Virus record (IMG/VR): IMGVR_UViG_3300028840_004217
Span: 28,050-92,049 of that record
Length of the DNA: 64,000 nucleotides
Source: a virus
Reading direction: 5' to 3' (one strand)
Part shown: positions 9,134-18,627 of the stretch, piece after piece
Numbering within the stretch: position 1 is the stretch's first letter
How the letters are laid out: each line of letters opens with the position of its first letter
The notes under the pieces: generated by a model
Database searches by the model: none
What the model saw: the letters and a program-made list of their open reading frames with translations, nothing else
Told to the model about the DNA's origin: nothing
Translations under genes and position numbers: made by a program

Positions 9134-11331
9134 TGGCCCTCGACACCACAGCTGTCAGTCTCAAGACGCACGTCCTCGTCACGATCAAACTGACGGGCAA
9201 GACCTTGCGCATCGCAGAACGGCACGTCACGCTGGACGACGGCTTCCCGTATGACGGGCGGCTCGACATCAAATCGACCGCCGACCTCCAGCAGTTTCAA
9301 TCGACCTACCAGCCCATCCCGCGTGTGAGTTCGTTCACCCTCAAACTCGACAACCGGGACCAGGGGCTGAGCGACGACCTGGACAACTACATCTGGGGCA
9401 ACAGGGACGTCGAGATACGGGCGGGTGAAGGCACGACGGTGGACGATTACTCCTTGATATTCACCGGCTTCATCGAGTTCCCCACCGGCATCAGCCGGTC
9501 CGAGGACTACGTGTGGGTCCGCGTCGTCAACGCGATGTCGCGCGACAACACCAAGTTTCCCACGGGGCAGTACACAGAGGATGACTTCCCCGACATCGAC
9601 CCGTTCCACGCGGGCCGTGTGGTGCCCATCCTGTACGGCGACTTCACGGACAGCCCGACGAACACCACGCCCTGCACCTGCATAGACACGACCACCAACC
9701 TGTTCGAGTGCTCCGGATCGAGCATCGTGTCCGTGGGCCAGGTGTTTCACAACGGCGTGGCCGTGGCCCACAGCCTGGTGTCCACGGCTCCGCAGGGGCG
9801 GTTCACCATCACGACCTATACGGCGTCGTCCGACATCGTGACGGCACGCATCGCGGGCAAGACCGGATCGGGCGTCGATCTGCCCGGCTCCTTCTCGGAC
9901 GCGATGACGCATCCCGTCGATCAGCTCTATGACATGATGAACGTGGAGGCCGCCATACCCGCGGCCCGCATCGACCTTCAGAGTTTCATAGACACCAAGA
10001 ACGTGGACACCACGCTCAAAGGACGCCGGTTCCTGGACGAGTCGAAAAACATCATGGCGTGGGCCGCAGAGGTCGCCAACGAGTTCAGCTACGACCTGTA
10101 CGTGACGGGCGGGTGCTATACGCTGGCCTTCCGCGAACCCGCCGCACCGTCGGGCACGCTCCTGCGGCAGGAGGACATGGTGGGCGGCTTCACTCAGCAC
10201 GACGACCCCAACCGCCAGTTCGCCAACCGCATCAAAGCCCGGTACAACTACGACCCGGCCCACCTGTCGTTCAACGGGTCCTTCACCGTGGACGGGACGA
10301 CCAGCCAGACAGACTACGATGTGATCACGGGCCGCACCGTCCGGTATTACTGGCAGTATGACACGTCGAAAGCCGAGAACCAGGCGCGGCGTGAACTGCT
10401 CATCAACAAGCGGGTCACGTCGCTGGTGACCGCCGAGTTCAAACACCGGGCCATGCTCCTGGAGTTGACGGACAGCGTGGTGTTCGACAGGGCCCACTTC
10501 TCGGAGGTGCCGATGCTGGTGCGCGGGGTGGACCGCGACTGGAACCGGCTGCGGTCACGCCTGACCCTGTGGAACGTGCCTTCCTTCGCGGACACGGCGC
10601 GGTGGAGCGCGGACAGTGAGTTCTCATACTTCGCCAACACGATACCCAAGCAGCAGGAGTTGGGCTTTTGGGCGGACGAGATCGGAACCGTCGGCCTGAC
10701 GCACACGATCCTCGACACGTTCACAGGTTCACCAGGTACGGCCATCGATGGTCGCCTGATGGACAGGGGCGGCACCTGGAAACAGATTTCGGCGCAGGGT
10801 GCGGCCACGCCCGACTTCCAGATCGTGGGCAACAACATTTGTTCCGGCATCATACCGTTCAGCGCGAACACGACGGCGGGCGCCATCGTTCTGTCGTCCG
10901 TCCTCGTGGGTGAAGTGGTCTGCACATTCCCGGTGCTGAACGACTCGGGCGTGCCCGCCTCCGGACTGCTCATACGGTGGGTCAGTCCGAGCCAACACTG
11001 GCGCGTCCAGATAGAGGACGCCTCCTCCAGTTTCTACATGATCAAGTTCGCCAACGGCCTTCAGGTCTCTGTGGGCGTGACCAACACGATGAACGTGAAC
11101 GCGGGCGACTCGATCCTGGTGACGTGCCTCATGACGGCCACGGGCGTCAGTGCCAAGGCGCACAACCTGAACGACGGCTCCAGCGCGGAGGTGGCGGAGC
11201 AGGCGGACACGACGGACAGCAAGTGGCACGGCATCTATCATCAGGCCCGATCCGGCTCGGGCGACATAGGATTCAATGACTTCAAGGTTATACCGGGCGC
11301 GAGTGGCCTAGGACAATCATACTGGTATTGA
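9133..11331 (+). CDS. Tail-tip/baseplate hub protein with C-terminal beta-sandwich (lectin-like) domain
   Basis: VVPILYGDF motif common in hub proteins; position; beta-rich C-terminus. Confidence 0.65.
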   Translation: MALDTTAVSLKTHVLVTIKLTGKTLRIAERHVTLDDGFPYDGRLDIKSTADLQQFQSTYQPIPRVSSFTLKLDNRDQGLSDDLDNYIWGNRDVEIRAGEGTTVDDYSLIFTGFIEFPTGISRSEDYVWVRVVNAMSRDNTKFPTGQYTEDDFPDIDPFHAGRVVPILYGDFTDSPTNTTPCTCIDTTTNLFECSGSSIVSVGQVFHNGVAVAHSLVSTAPQGRFTITTYTASSDIVTARIAGKTGSGVDLPGSFSDAMTHPVDQLYDMMNVEAAIPAARIDLQSFIDTKNVDTTLKGRRFLDESKNIMAWAAEVANEFSYDLYVTGGCYTLAFREPAAPSGTLLRQEDMVGGFTQHDDPNRQFANRIKARYNYDPAHLSFNGSFTVDGTTSQTDYDVITGRTVRYYWQYDTSKAENQARRELLINKRVTSLVTAEFKHRAMLLELTDSVVFDRAHFSEVPMLVRGVDRDWNRLRSRLTLWNVPSFADTARWSADSEFSYFANTIPKQQELGFWADEIGTVGLTHTILDTFTGSPGTAIDGRLMDRGGTWKQISAQGAATPDFQIVGNNICSGIIPFSANTTAGAIVLSSVLVGEVVCTFPVLNDSGVPASGLLIRWVSPSQHWRVQIEDASSSFYMIKFANGLQVSVGVTNTMNVNAGDSILVTCLMTATGVSAKAHNLNDGSSAEVAEQADTTDSKWHGIYHQARSGSGDIGFNDFKVIPGASGLGQSYWY

Positions 11332-11343
11332 GGAGGATTTCGT

Positions 11344-11586
11344 ATGGCATGGGCAGAAGTGACGGTGGGCGACGCGATCAAAGCGTCGGACCTCAACAAC
11401 CTGATCACGGCACTCGAAAACATGTTGTTGAGTACGGGGTATCTGGACACGTCGAACAAACCAGCGGCCACCGGGTCATCAGGCACGGCGGGTCACATCA
11501 CGTATGGCGATGATGCCGGTACGTCCTATATCTATGTCTGTACGGCAACCGACACCTGGAAGCGGGTGGCACTGGCCACGTGGTGA
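11344..11586 (+). CDS. Small tail-fibre-associated protein
   Basis: GDAIKASDLN and YIYVCTATDTWKRVAL motifs; strong SD GAGGAGG. Confidence 0.55.
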   Translation: MAWAEVTVGDAIKASDLNNLITALENMLLSTGYLDTSNKPAATGSSGTAGHITYGDDAGTSYIYVCTATDTWKRVALATW

Positions 11587-11592
11587 TGCGTC

Positions 11593-11811
11593 ATGAAACG
11601 GACACGAATACTCGTCTCCCCAAACATGAGTCCCCGGTACCCGGCCAACACGAAGGTCCAGGCTCCGCAGCCGAGAGAAACCGTTGTCGCGGAGCTGGTG
11701 TTCGACGCGGAACCCGTCGCGCCCCGCAGGTGGTATCGGCGGTGGTGGTGGTGGGCGATCACGGGTGGCGGTGGTGGCCTGGGGTATCTACTGTACAACC
11801 TGATATTTTGA
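11593..11811 (+). CDS. Small membrane-anchored hypothetical protein
   Basis: WYRRWWWWAI...LLYNLIF hydrophobic C-terminus. Confidence 0.45.
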   Translation: MKRTRILVSPNMSPRYPANTKVQAPQPRETVVAELVFDAEPVAPRRWYRRWWWWAITGGGGGLGYLLYNLIF

Positions 11812-11821
11812 GAGGCGGACC

Positions 11822-12751
11822 ATGAACCGACGAGGACCGAGAGTTTTATACAACACCGAGTATGCCGGCATGATACGCCCCGCCTTTGGCACGTACCCGG
11901 TCACGCAGTTGCGCAACCCTGGTCAAGCTTCACCCTTCGATCCGCGTGACTTCGGAACGACGGAGGACAACCTGATCCTCTTCTTGAAGTGCGGTGACAA
12001 CAACCAGTGGAGCGACGAAGAACGGACGAACCCGGCGACGGACGACGGCAACTGGGTATACACTATCGAGAACCTGAATCAGGTGTCGCCCGACCCGCTT
12101 GTTTACGGTGAGGCCATCAGTGATGCGACACGCGCCCGGTATTACATCGATGCCTACAGCAGCGGCTATCCGGCGTGGTACTTCGACGGGGTGGGCGACA
12201 TTATACGGTGGCTGAACGTCAGCCTGGCCTTCGAGGACATGAACGACAACGGGGCCACCGTCATCTTCGTGTTCAACAGCGTCACGCAGTACAGCACCTA
12301 CGGCGTGGGCGGGCTGTCCTCGATACCGAACAAAGATCAGTACGGCGCGGGCGTGTGGCACGATCCCGACGGCAACCTTCAACTCAACAGTCTCGACTCG
12401 GAGAGCGAACCGGGCCTGGCGAACGTGTCTCGGTGGAACCCCGAAGTCGGCGAGTACGATTACATCGACACGGACGGCCCGCATTACGCCGCAGTCACGC
12501 TCGACAACAAAACAAACAAGTGGCACCACACGTACAGCTACAACGACAAGCAGCTCGTGGGTACGCAGGCCGCCAACAACATGGCGATCGCGGAGAACTG
12601 GTCGACGTTCACCATCGGCGCGGTATCGTGGCAGGAGGGCACGAACTATGGTGAAGGCTATGTGCACGCCGTATTGGTGTATGACGAAGCCCTGGCCGCA
12701 GCGACCATCGTGAATCTTATTAACACGATGAAACGAGAATGGTACCCGTAA
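11822..12751 (+). CDS. LamG/concanavalin A-like virion protein
   Basis: YFDGVGD, HYAAVT, FTIGA and GYVHAVLVYDEAL LamG-type motifs. Confidence 0.7.
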   Translation: MNRRGPRVLYNTEYAGMIRPAFGTYPVTQLRNPGQASPFDPRDFGTTEDNLILFLKCGDNNQWSDEERTNPATDDGNWVYTIENLNQVSPDPLVYGEAISDATRARYYIDAYSSGYPAWYFDGVGDIIRWLNVSLAFEDMNDNGATVIFVFNSVTQYSTYGVGGLSSIPNKDQYGAGVWHDPDGNLQLNSLDSESEPGLANVSRWNPEVGEYDYIDTDGPHYAAVTLDNKTNKWHHTYSYNDKQLVGTQAANNMAIAENWSTFTIGAVSWQEGTNYGEGYVHAVLVYDEALAAATIVNLINTMKREWYP

Positions 12752-12763
12752 AAGGAGTATATT

Positions 12764-13120
12764 ATGCCGCCGCCAGTTGACAACGTATTCTATTTCATCA
12801 TCGTGCCCGTGGCCCACCGATACACCATCATCGAGCAGGGTCCGTTCATCGCCGTGTTCGGTCCCAAGAAATCAGAGGAGTGGTACGATGAGTATATGCA
12901 GTGTGAACTGGTGGGTGCTGCTGATGCGGTGGACGCGGCGGCGACCCACGTATGTGACGCCGGTGGAACGACGCGGGGCAAGTTCAACGCCCTGAACGGC
13001 GTGGTGGGCGCGTTCCCAGGCACGGTCTTTTTCGAGTATGACCCTGACACGCCGGGCGCGATACAGTCCCTACTGACGGCGCAGGGTCTGAAGAAGCGCA
13101 TCGTTCAACCCCCACCGTGA
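12764..13120 (+). CDS. Hypothetical protein
   Basis: ORF with SD AAGGAG, packed in the operon. Confidence 0.6.
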   Translation: MPPPVDNVFYFIIVPVAHRYTIIEQGPFIAVFGPKKSEEWYDEYMQCELVGAADAVDAAATHVCDAGGTTRGKFNALNGVVGAFPGTVFFEYDPDTPGAIQSLLTAQGLKKRIVQPPP

Positions 13121-13128
13121 GGTGAATC

Positions 13129-13302
13129 ATGGCCCCGATCAAAAGCACGATCATATCACCGGGCCGCGCCGGAATGGTGCAGCCCGCCTTGAACACGATC
13201 CGGACGCCGGGTGAAGGCAGCGTGTCCGCGGGCGCACCGGAACCAGAGGAACAGACCTATTACTTCACGCCTGTATTACTCGCGTTGATGGTGGCCGACT
13301 AA
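13129..13302 (+). CDS. Small hypothetical protein (57 aa)
   Basis: SD GAGGTG, ATG at 13129, TAA at 13300; fills the operon gap. Confidence 0.5.
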   Translation: MAPIKSTIISPGRAGMVQPALNTIRTPGEGSVSAGAPEPEEQTYYFTPVLLALMVAD

Positions 13303-13314
13303 ACATAGAGGTGC

Positions 13315-14373
13315 ATGATGGCCGTAGCAAAGCAGGTACAATTCACGGACGGCTCTACACTGTGGGTGCAGTTCGCCAGCGGTACGGGCGACGCTGAGGG
13401 CGACCCCCTGATACTGGTGACGGACCGCGCCTCGGAAACGACCCTGGCCTTGATCGACGCCGCCGTGGGTGACGTCGATGATGCGGCGATAACCTCCGAC
13501 TCGGACGGGACGCTCACCGGGTTCCTGCGCGGCCTGGTCAAGTGGGCCTATGAGCGCATGCCCGCCTCGCTCGGACAGAAAACCAAAGCCGCCTCCTTCC
13601 CCGTCACCCTGGCCAGCAATGAAGATACCGTCACGGTGTCCGGTACGGTGACGGCCAACGCCGGGTCGGGCAACTTTGCGACGACGGTGGCGAACGGGGC
13701 GAACGTCCCGTTGGGTTCCACCGCAGATGCGGCGGTAATCACGGACACCACCGGAACCGTGTCGGGCAAACTACGCGGTCTGGTCAAGTGGGCGTTCGAG
13801 CGTATGCCCGCCAGCCTGGGACAAAAAACGAAGTCGGCGTCGCTGCCCGTCACGCTCGCCTCCGATGAAGATACCGTCAACACGGCGGCGACGGCCACGG
13901 AGGTGCACGGCCAGAACGTGGGCGGTGAAGCGATCGTCAAAGAGGTCACGCTGACCCTCGACACGTCGGCCTACGCGGATGGGGATGTGCTGGCGGACAC
14001 GCAGGAGGTCGCCAACGCGATCCGCGTCAACAACGGGACCGGGATGCTGCACAGCATCGTCCTGCTCGACAAGGACGATCAGGGCGAGGCCCTCGACATC
14101 GTGATCCTGAAAACCAACGTGTCGATAGGTACGGAGAACTCGGCGGTGTCGATCACGGATGCCAACGCGGACGAGATACAGGGCATCATAGAGATACAGA
14201 CCGGCGACTATGTGGACCTGGTGGGTTCGCAGCTCGTCACCAAGCAGGGGCTGGCCATCTGCGTGCAGGCCGACACGTCGGCCACCAGCCTGTGGGTCGC
14301 CGCGATCAGCCGGGGCACGGGTACCTACACCGCCTCGGGCATCACCCTCAAACTCGGATTCCTCCAGAACTGA
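13315..14373 (+). CDS. Virion structural protein with an internal ~51-aa duplication
   Basis: DAA.T.D..GT..G.LRGLVKWA.ERMPASLGQKTK.AS.PVTLAS.EDTV occurs twice; T/A/V-rich. Confidence 0.65.
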   Translation: MMAVAKQVQFTDGSTLWVQFASGTGDAEGDPLILVTDRASETTLALIDAAVGDVDDAAITSDSDGTLTGFLRGLVKWAYERMPASLGQKTKAASFPVTLASNEDTVTVSGTVTANAGSGNFATTVANGANVPLGSTADAAVITDTTGTVSGKLRGLVKWAFERMPASLGQKTKSASLPVTLASDEDTVNTAATATEVHGQNVGGEAIVKEVTLTLDTSAYADGDVLADTQEVANAIRVNNGTGMLHSIVLLDKDDQGEALDIVILKTNVSIGTENSAVSITDANADEIQGIIEIQTGDYVDLVGSQLVTKQGLAICVQADTSATSLWVAAISRGTGTYTASGITLKLGFLQN

Positions 14374-14382
14374 GAAACGGCC

Positions 14383-15072
14383 ATGTCACTCATACTCCCG
14401 ACAGTCTTCGGACGGGCGGTGCAGACGGCTCCGCGATGGCGCACCATTCTGTTCGATGATTTCACAGTCACTTCGGATATAGCTATCACATCGCGGTTGC
14501 CGAACAAGAGCGTGTTCGGTACGAATTGGACGGAGTTATGGCGCGATGCTCAAATCTTGGCTACCAATGACTATGCAGAGGTTGACCCTTCATCGGCCAT
14601 TGGAGAAGCGCAATACAATGCCCTCGACGTCGGCGAGGAAAATATGTTGCGCGTGACGGCGCGCGTGGGGTTGTTTGATGCGAGTGACGATCAGGGATGT
14701 TCTGTGGCTGTATCGTTGCGAGAAAACGGTAGTTACGAAGGCTGGTCATTGTGGTTGGCCTCTGATGCTTACCCTGACATCGGTGGTTATATGATCTTGT
14801 ATCAGATGACCGACCTGGGGGCCACATTCACGCCGAGGGCATCGGTTGAGATACCGGGTGTCGTGGGAAACAACGAGTGGCATAATATCCGGTTGATCGC
14901 AGTGAACGATACACTGATCGGGGTTCATTTTCAAACCGGTTCCGTCATCAGTTACACGTCGAATTTTCATAGGGGGGAAACGCAGGTCGGTATACTTGGC
15001 GTCGATCTCGACGGCGCGGCGTGGACACCGATCCCCCGGTGGGATAATTTCAGGGTGGAGGTGTTGCGCTGA
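14383..15072 (+). CDS. Beta-sandwich/lectin-like putative receptor-binding protein
   Basis: LFDDFT start, WHNIRL, VGI and WDNFRV end; visibly more AT-rich than its neighbours. Confidence 0.55.
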   Translation: MSLILPTVFGRAVQTAPRWRTILFDDFTVTSDIAITSRLPNKSVFGTNWTELWRDAQILATNDYAEVDPSSAIGEAQYNALDVGEENMLRVTARVGLFDASDDQGCSVAVSLRENGSYEGWSLWLASDAYPDIGGYMILYQMTDLGATFTPRASVEIPGVVGNNEWHNIRLIAVNDTLIGVHFQTGSVISYTSNFHRGETQVGILGVDLDGAAWTPIPRWDNFRVEVLR

Positions 15073-15320
15073 TGCCCAAGAAACCAAAGAAATATGAACG
15101 CATGCCCCTGCTCATTGAAACGAAGTGGGACCGCGACAAGCTGCCCCACGGGTTCTGTCAGATACCGCGCATCATGAAGAAATACCAGGTCCGCCGTTAT
15201 GAAGACAAGAGCAAAGTGGACATCGTACCTGGCGTCACGGTGTCCGATGTTCTGGTGGAATTCATCGACAAGAAAAATGAAGATGACGCCAAAAACGACC
15301 CTGATTTCAAGGTCAAATGA
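15072..15320 (+). CDS. Hypothetical protein
   Basis: ORF translationally coupled to the upstream gene (TGATG). Confidence 0.5.
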   Translation: MPKKPKKYERMPLLIETKWDRDKLPHGFCQIPRIMKKYQVRRYEDKSKVDIVPGVTVSDVLVEFIDKKNEDDAKNDPDFKVK

Positions 15321-15327
15321 GAAGGTG

Positions 15328-15816
15328 ATGGTAATGAACCGCGAATGTTCAGACAACTATGTGGACATGCTGTTCATCGAAGACTCCCCGGTATTGGGCA
15401 AGATGCTGACCATGCGGTTTGAGATCATGACGGAGGGCGTGGTACAGTGTCATTCACGCGGCACGCTCGAAGACGCGTTCCTGTTTCTACTCGACCATGA
15501 AGCGGCGGCGATCGTTCTCGACCTGAATCTGGAAACCTCGAAGGGTGCGGACACGCTCAAAGAGGTCGAAGGTTTTCTGGCACGCCAGAACATGACGGAT
15601 GTACCGGTGATCATCTTCACGGGCAGCACCAATGAAACCGTGTTGCGCCAGGTGCGGCAGCGACGGCCCGTGTTCATCAAGGGCGACGACGCGGAGCTGA
15701 ACGGGCTGACGGAGGCTGTATACCAGGCGTTGGGTACGCATCTCAAAAAGGCCACGAAGGGTTTGACGAATGACGACATCACGCTGGCCGAACTCAACGT
15801 CAGATTGGGAGCCTAA
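15328..15816 (+). CDS. Single-domain response regulator (CheY-like receiver)
   Basis: LFIEDS acidic pocket, IVLDLNL phospho-acceptor Asp, PVIIFTG, FIK lysine. Confidence 0.8.
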   Translation: MVMNRECSDNYVDMLFIEDSPVLGKMLTMRFEIMTEGVVQCHSRGTLEDAFLFLLDHEAAAIVLDLNLETSKGADTLKEVEGFLARQNMTDVPVIIFTGSTNETVLRQVRQRRPVFIKGDDAELNGLTEAVYQALGTHLKKATKGLTNDDITLAELNVRLGA

Positions 15817-16391
15817 TGACCGAGGACAAACACCTCACGATCACCGGAGCCGAAAGCAACGGAGACCGCATCTCGCTGGAGGATACGGTTCGCATACAGG
15901 CGTTGCTCACCAAGCTGATCGGCGACACGGAGAAGAACTGCCAGGCGGTGATCGCGCTCGACAGGCTCATCAACGGGCGCAAGGACGACATGGAAACCGC
16001 GTCGCCGCCTCTGAAGGCTCTGGTCAACAATCATCAGCGCGTGTGTGAGGAGCTGAATGACCACCACATTCTATCCCGCGTGGACACGATGTGGGCACGC
16101 CACGAGAAGGAACAGAACGGCAAGGGCGTGTCCCACAAGTTCCTCTGGACGACGCTCGGCGGTACGGTGGGCATCCTGGTCGTCGTGTTCGGGTTGCTGT
16201 ATAACGGCCTGTCGAGCAAGGTGGACGGCGTGGACAAAGAGGTGGAACGCCGGGCCTTCATCATCGAGAGCAACACCACGATGAACGCGGAGCAGAAAGA
16301 GGACATCAAGAAATTGCAGGGTGATCTCGAAACTACGCGGCAGCACTTCCGGGACCACGAGACAGACAACAGCCACAACAGATCGAGGTGA
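15816..16391 (+). CDS. Membrane protein with coiled coils (lysis region)
   Basis: Single TM segment FLWTTLGGTVGILVVVFGLLY. Confidence 0.55.
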   Translation: MTEDKHLTITGAESNGDRISLEDTVRIQALLTKLIGDTEKNCQAVIALDRLINGRKDDMETASPPLKALVNNHQRVCEELNDHHILSRVDTMWARHEKEQNGKGVSHKFLWTTLGGTVGILVVVFGLLYNGLSSKVDGVDKEVERRAFIIESNTTMNAEQKEDIKKLQGDLETTRQHFRDHETDNSHNRSR

Positions 16392-16394
16392 CAC

Positions 16395-16853
16395 ATGGGC
16401 TTTCCGAATCCGCTGAAACTGATCGCAAAGGTAGGGTCCCTCATTCCCGGCCCTATCGGTGCGGTGGTCAATACGTTCCTCAATAAAGAAGGGGTCGCCC
16501 TCGATCCCGAACAGCGTGCCGCACTTGAAATGAAGATCAAAGAGCAGGTGATGGCAACGATGGACGAGGCGGGCCAGGCCGACGCGGACTGGCGTGACTT
16601 CATGCTCGCTTATGAAGGGGCGGCAGACGATCAGCACGTCGCCATAAAACTGCTGCGGGGATCGGTCCGTCCTATCATAACCTACGCGGTCATCATCGAG
16701 CTGTTCATTCTGCTGAACGGGTGGACGTCGATCACGATTGACAATGTGCCGGCGCAATTCTGGACCGTCGTACAGATGGTCCTCGGTTTTTGGTTCGGCG
16801 GCCGTATGCTCGAAGGGGTGATACAGTCCGTCAAGCAGGGGAGGAAAACCTGA
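16395..16853 (+). CDS. 3TM-type holin
   Basis: SVRPIITY...LGFWFGGRMLE signature. Confidence 0.75.
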   Translation: MGFPNPLKLIAKVGSLIPGPIGAVVNTFLNKEGVALDPEQRAALEMKIKEQVMATMDEAGQADADWRDFMLAYEGAADDQHVAIKLLRGSVRPIITYAVIIELFILLNGWTSITIDNVPAQFWTVVQMVLGFWFGGRMLEGVIQSVKQGRKT

Positions 16854-16958
16854 TGCCGTACAGTGAACGAACCAGGCGGATCATGCACGTCGTGATACCG
16901 GGGGCCATCATCATCATCGCGGGCCTGGCCTTCGCCTTCATGATCCTCGGGATAGGCG

Positions 16959-17297
16959 GTGAGTGACGTGGCCTATGAGATGCAGGTGCTGTTCGTGATC
17001 ATCGCCCTCGTCGTGCTGTGGTGCGGCCTGGGTGACGGGTGGCTGGCCCGCATGCCGGGCGGCTATTGGTGGACGGAGCACGCCCACCTGGTGGTCCTCT
17101 GTCTGCTGCCCCTGTCGTGGGGCTGGTGGGTCGTGCCCTTTTGGGCGTTCGGCGTGTACGCCTATGCCGACGATTTCTACCAGCACCGGAGGCGCATCCG
17201 GCCCGGTGAGGAAAACTACCGTTCGCCCCTCCACCTGTGGGCGTGGTATACGCTGCGGCTGGACAAGGTGTACGAGTGGCTGGGCATAGACCGATAG
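16959..17297 (+). CDS. Membrane protein
   Basis: Trp-rich hydrophobic segments. Confidence 0.5.
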   Translation: MSDVAYEMQVLFVIIALVVLWCGLGDGWLARMPGGYWWTEHAHLVVLCLLPLSWGWWVVPFWAFGVYAYADDFYQHRRRIRPGEENYRSPLHLWAWYTLRLDKVYEWLGIDR

Positions 17298-17307
17298 GGG
17301 GCCGTCG

Positions 17308-18138
17308 ATGAACCGGATGGTGTCGCGCGGCCTCATCAGCGATCGCAACAAAGCAACGATACTGAAATTTGAACGCATACGGAGGATGGGCCTGATGTCA
17401 TTCAGTGATTTCGACCTGGCGCGTGGCGCCGATGAAAATGTGGGCCTGGACGGTAAGTTCGGGTATTTCGGAGCCGTCACCACGGGGGGCGACGACATCT
17501 GGACGCTCGGCGGCGCATACTCCGGACATATCACGGCGGGCGCGTCGATAGAGGCCATCAGCGACGACGGCAACGACGACGACGGCGGATCCGGCTGTCA
17601 GATCATCACGGTGCAGGGACTCGCGCCCGTCACCCTGGCCGAGATCAGCGCGGACATCAACATGAACGGCACGGACCCCACGGCCTACGCGAACAAGCAG
17701 TTTTTCCGCGTCAACCGGTTCTTCCCGAAGGACGGCGGCGTGGGCACCTACCACGGCAACAATGCGGGCAACATCTGGGTGCGGACGGCTGCTGGCATCA
17801 CCCTCTCCTACATGGAGGCCGGCTTGGGCCAGACGGAGCAGTCGCATTTCTGCGTGCCTGCGGGCAAGCGGGCCTACCTGGACAACCTGGAAGCGTATGT
17901 GGAAACGACCAAGGCGGCGGAGCTGCGCCTATGGCAGTCCCGGAATGCCGACGACGTGACCACGCCGTTCAGCCCGAAGCGGCTGGTGCGCCGGTTCACG
18001 GGTCTCACCGACTACACGCCCCACGACCTGCACCAGTTGGAGATCGAGGAAAAGACGGACGTGTGGTTGGAGGGCATATCATCAGCGGGTACGGCGGCGG
18101 TGGCGACGGTGCTCGATTATAAGTTGAGCAACATTTAA
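17308..18138 (+). CDS. Hypothetical phage protein, possibly structural
   Basis: Long ORF with KFGYFG...DIW and FFRVNR motifs seen in phage virion-region proteins; start uncertain. Confidence 0.55.
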   Translation: MNRMVSRGLISDRNKATILKFERIRRMGLMSFSDFDLARGADENVGLDGKFGYFGAVTTGGDDIWTLGGAYSGHITAGASIEAISDDGNDDDGGSGCQIITVQGLAPVTLAEISADINMNGTDPTAYANKQFFRVNRFFPKDGGVGTYHGNNAGNIWVRTAAGITLSYMEAGLGQTEQSHFCVPAGKRAYLDNLEAYVETTKAAELRLWQSRNADDVTTPFSPKRLVRRFTGLTDYTPHDLHQLEIEEKTDVWLEGISSAGTAAVATVLDYKLSNI

Positions 18139-18513
18139 ATGAAGGAGGCGTTCGTGGACATCGTGATCATCATTCTATACTTCTATTTCTGGAGCGTGGT
18201 GGGTCTGCTGATACACCTGTTTAAGTCGATCAGCGTACGGCGCGGCTACATCAAGGACTACGGCCTGCGGCGGTATCTGGCGGACCACGCCTATGCGCTG
18301 GCGGCCACGCTCCTGTTCCTGCTGGTGGCGGCGCAGCAACACGCTACGGGCGTGCCCGACATATTGGGCAAGGTACTCGTCATCAACGACACCACCAAGG
18401 AGTTCCAGTACGCGGTGATCGGCTTTTTCTCTATGACCATCTTGAAGTGGATAACAGAGGTGGGCAAGACGCGGCTGGAGCGTTTCATCAAGAGTGTTCC
18501 CCAAAAATCCTGA
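18139..18513 (+). CDS. Membrane protein (3 TM, holin-like)
   Basis: Three hydrophobic segments and a basic C-terminus. Confidence 0.5.
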   Translation: MKEAFVDIVIIILYFYFWSVVGLLIHLFKSISVRRGYIKDYGLRRYLADHAYALAATLLFLLVAAQQHATGVPDILGKVLVINDTTKEFQYAVIGFFSMTILKWITEVGKTRLERFIKSVPQKS

Positions 18514-18627
18514 TTTAATCGAGAAGGGGCCATAAATGCGTTCTAACGGCATTTGGCCCCTCAGGTATATAATCACATAGCCACGCGTCCGTTTCTGCTG
18601 TAGCGATAGGAAAGCGTGGCCGCAATC

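Noticed and set aside
6204-10497. Long antisense ORFs (6204-8291, 7187-9088, 8968-10497; likewise 48148-49557 and 51461-52747)
   Set aside because: Shadow frames of GC3-rich genes on the opposite strand; no motifs or RBS.
9133-15072. Diversity-generating retroelement acting on tail or lectin genes
   Set aside because: No reverse transcriptase and no adenine-specific TR/VR pair; the 13.5/13.7 kb duplication differs mostly at synonymous sites.
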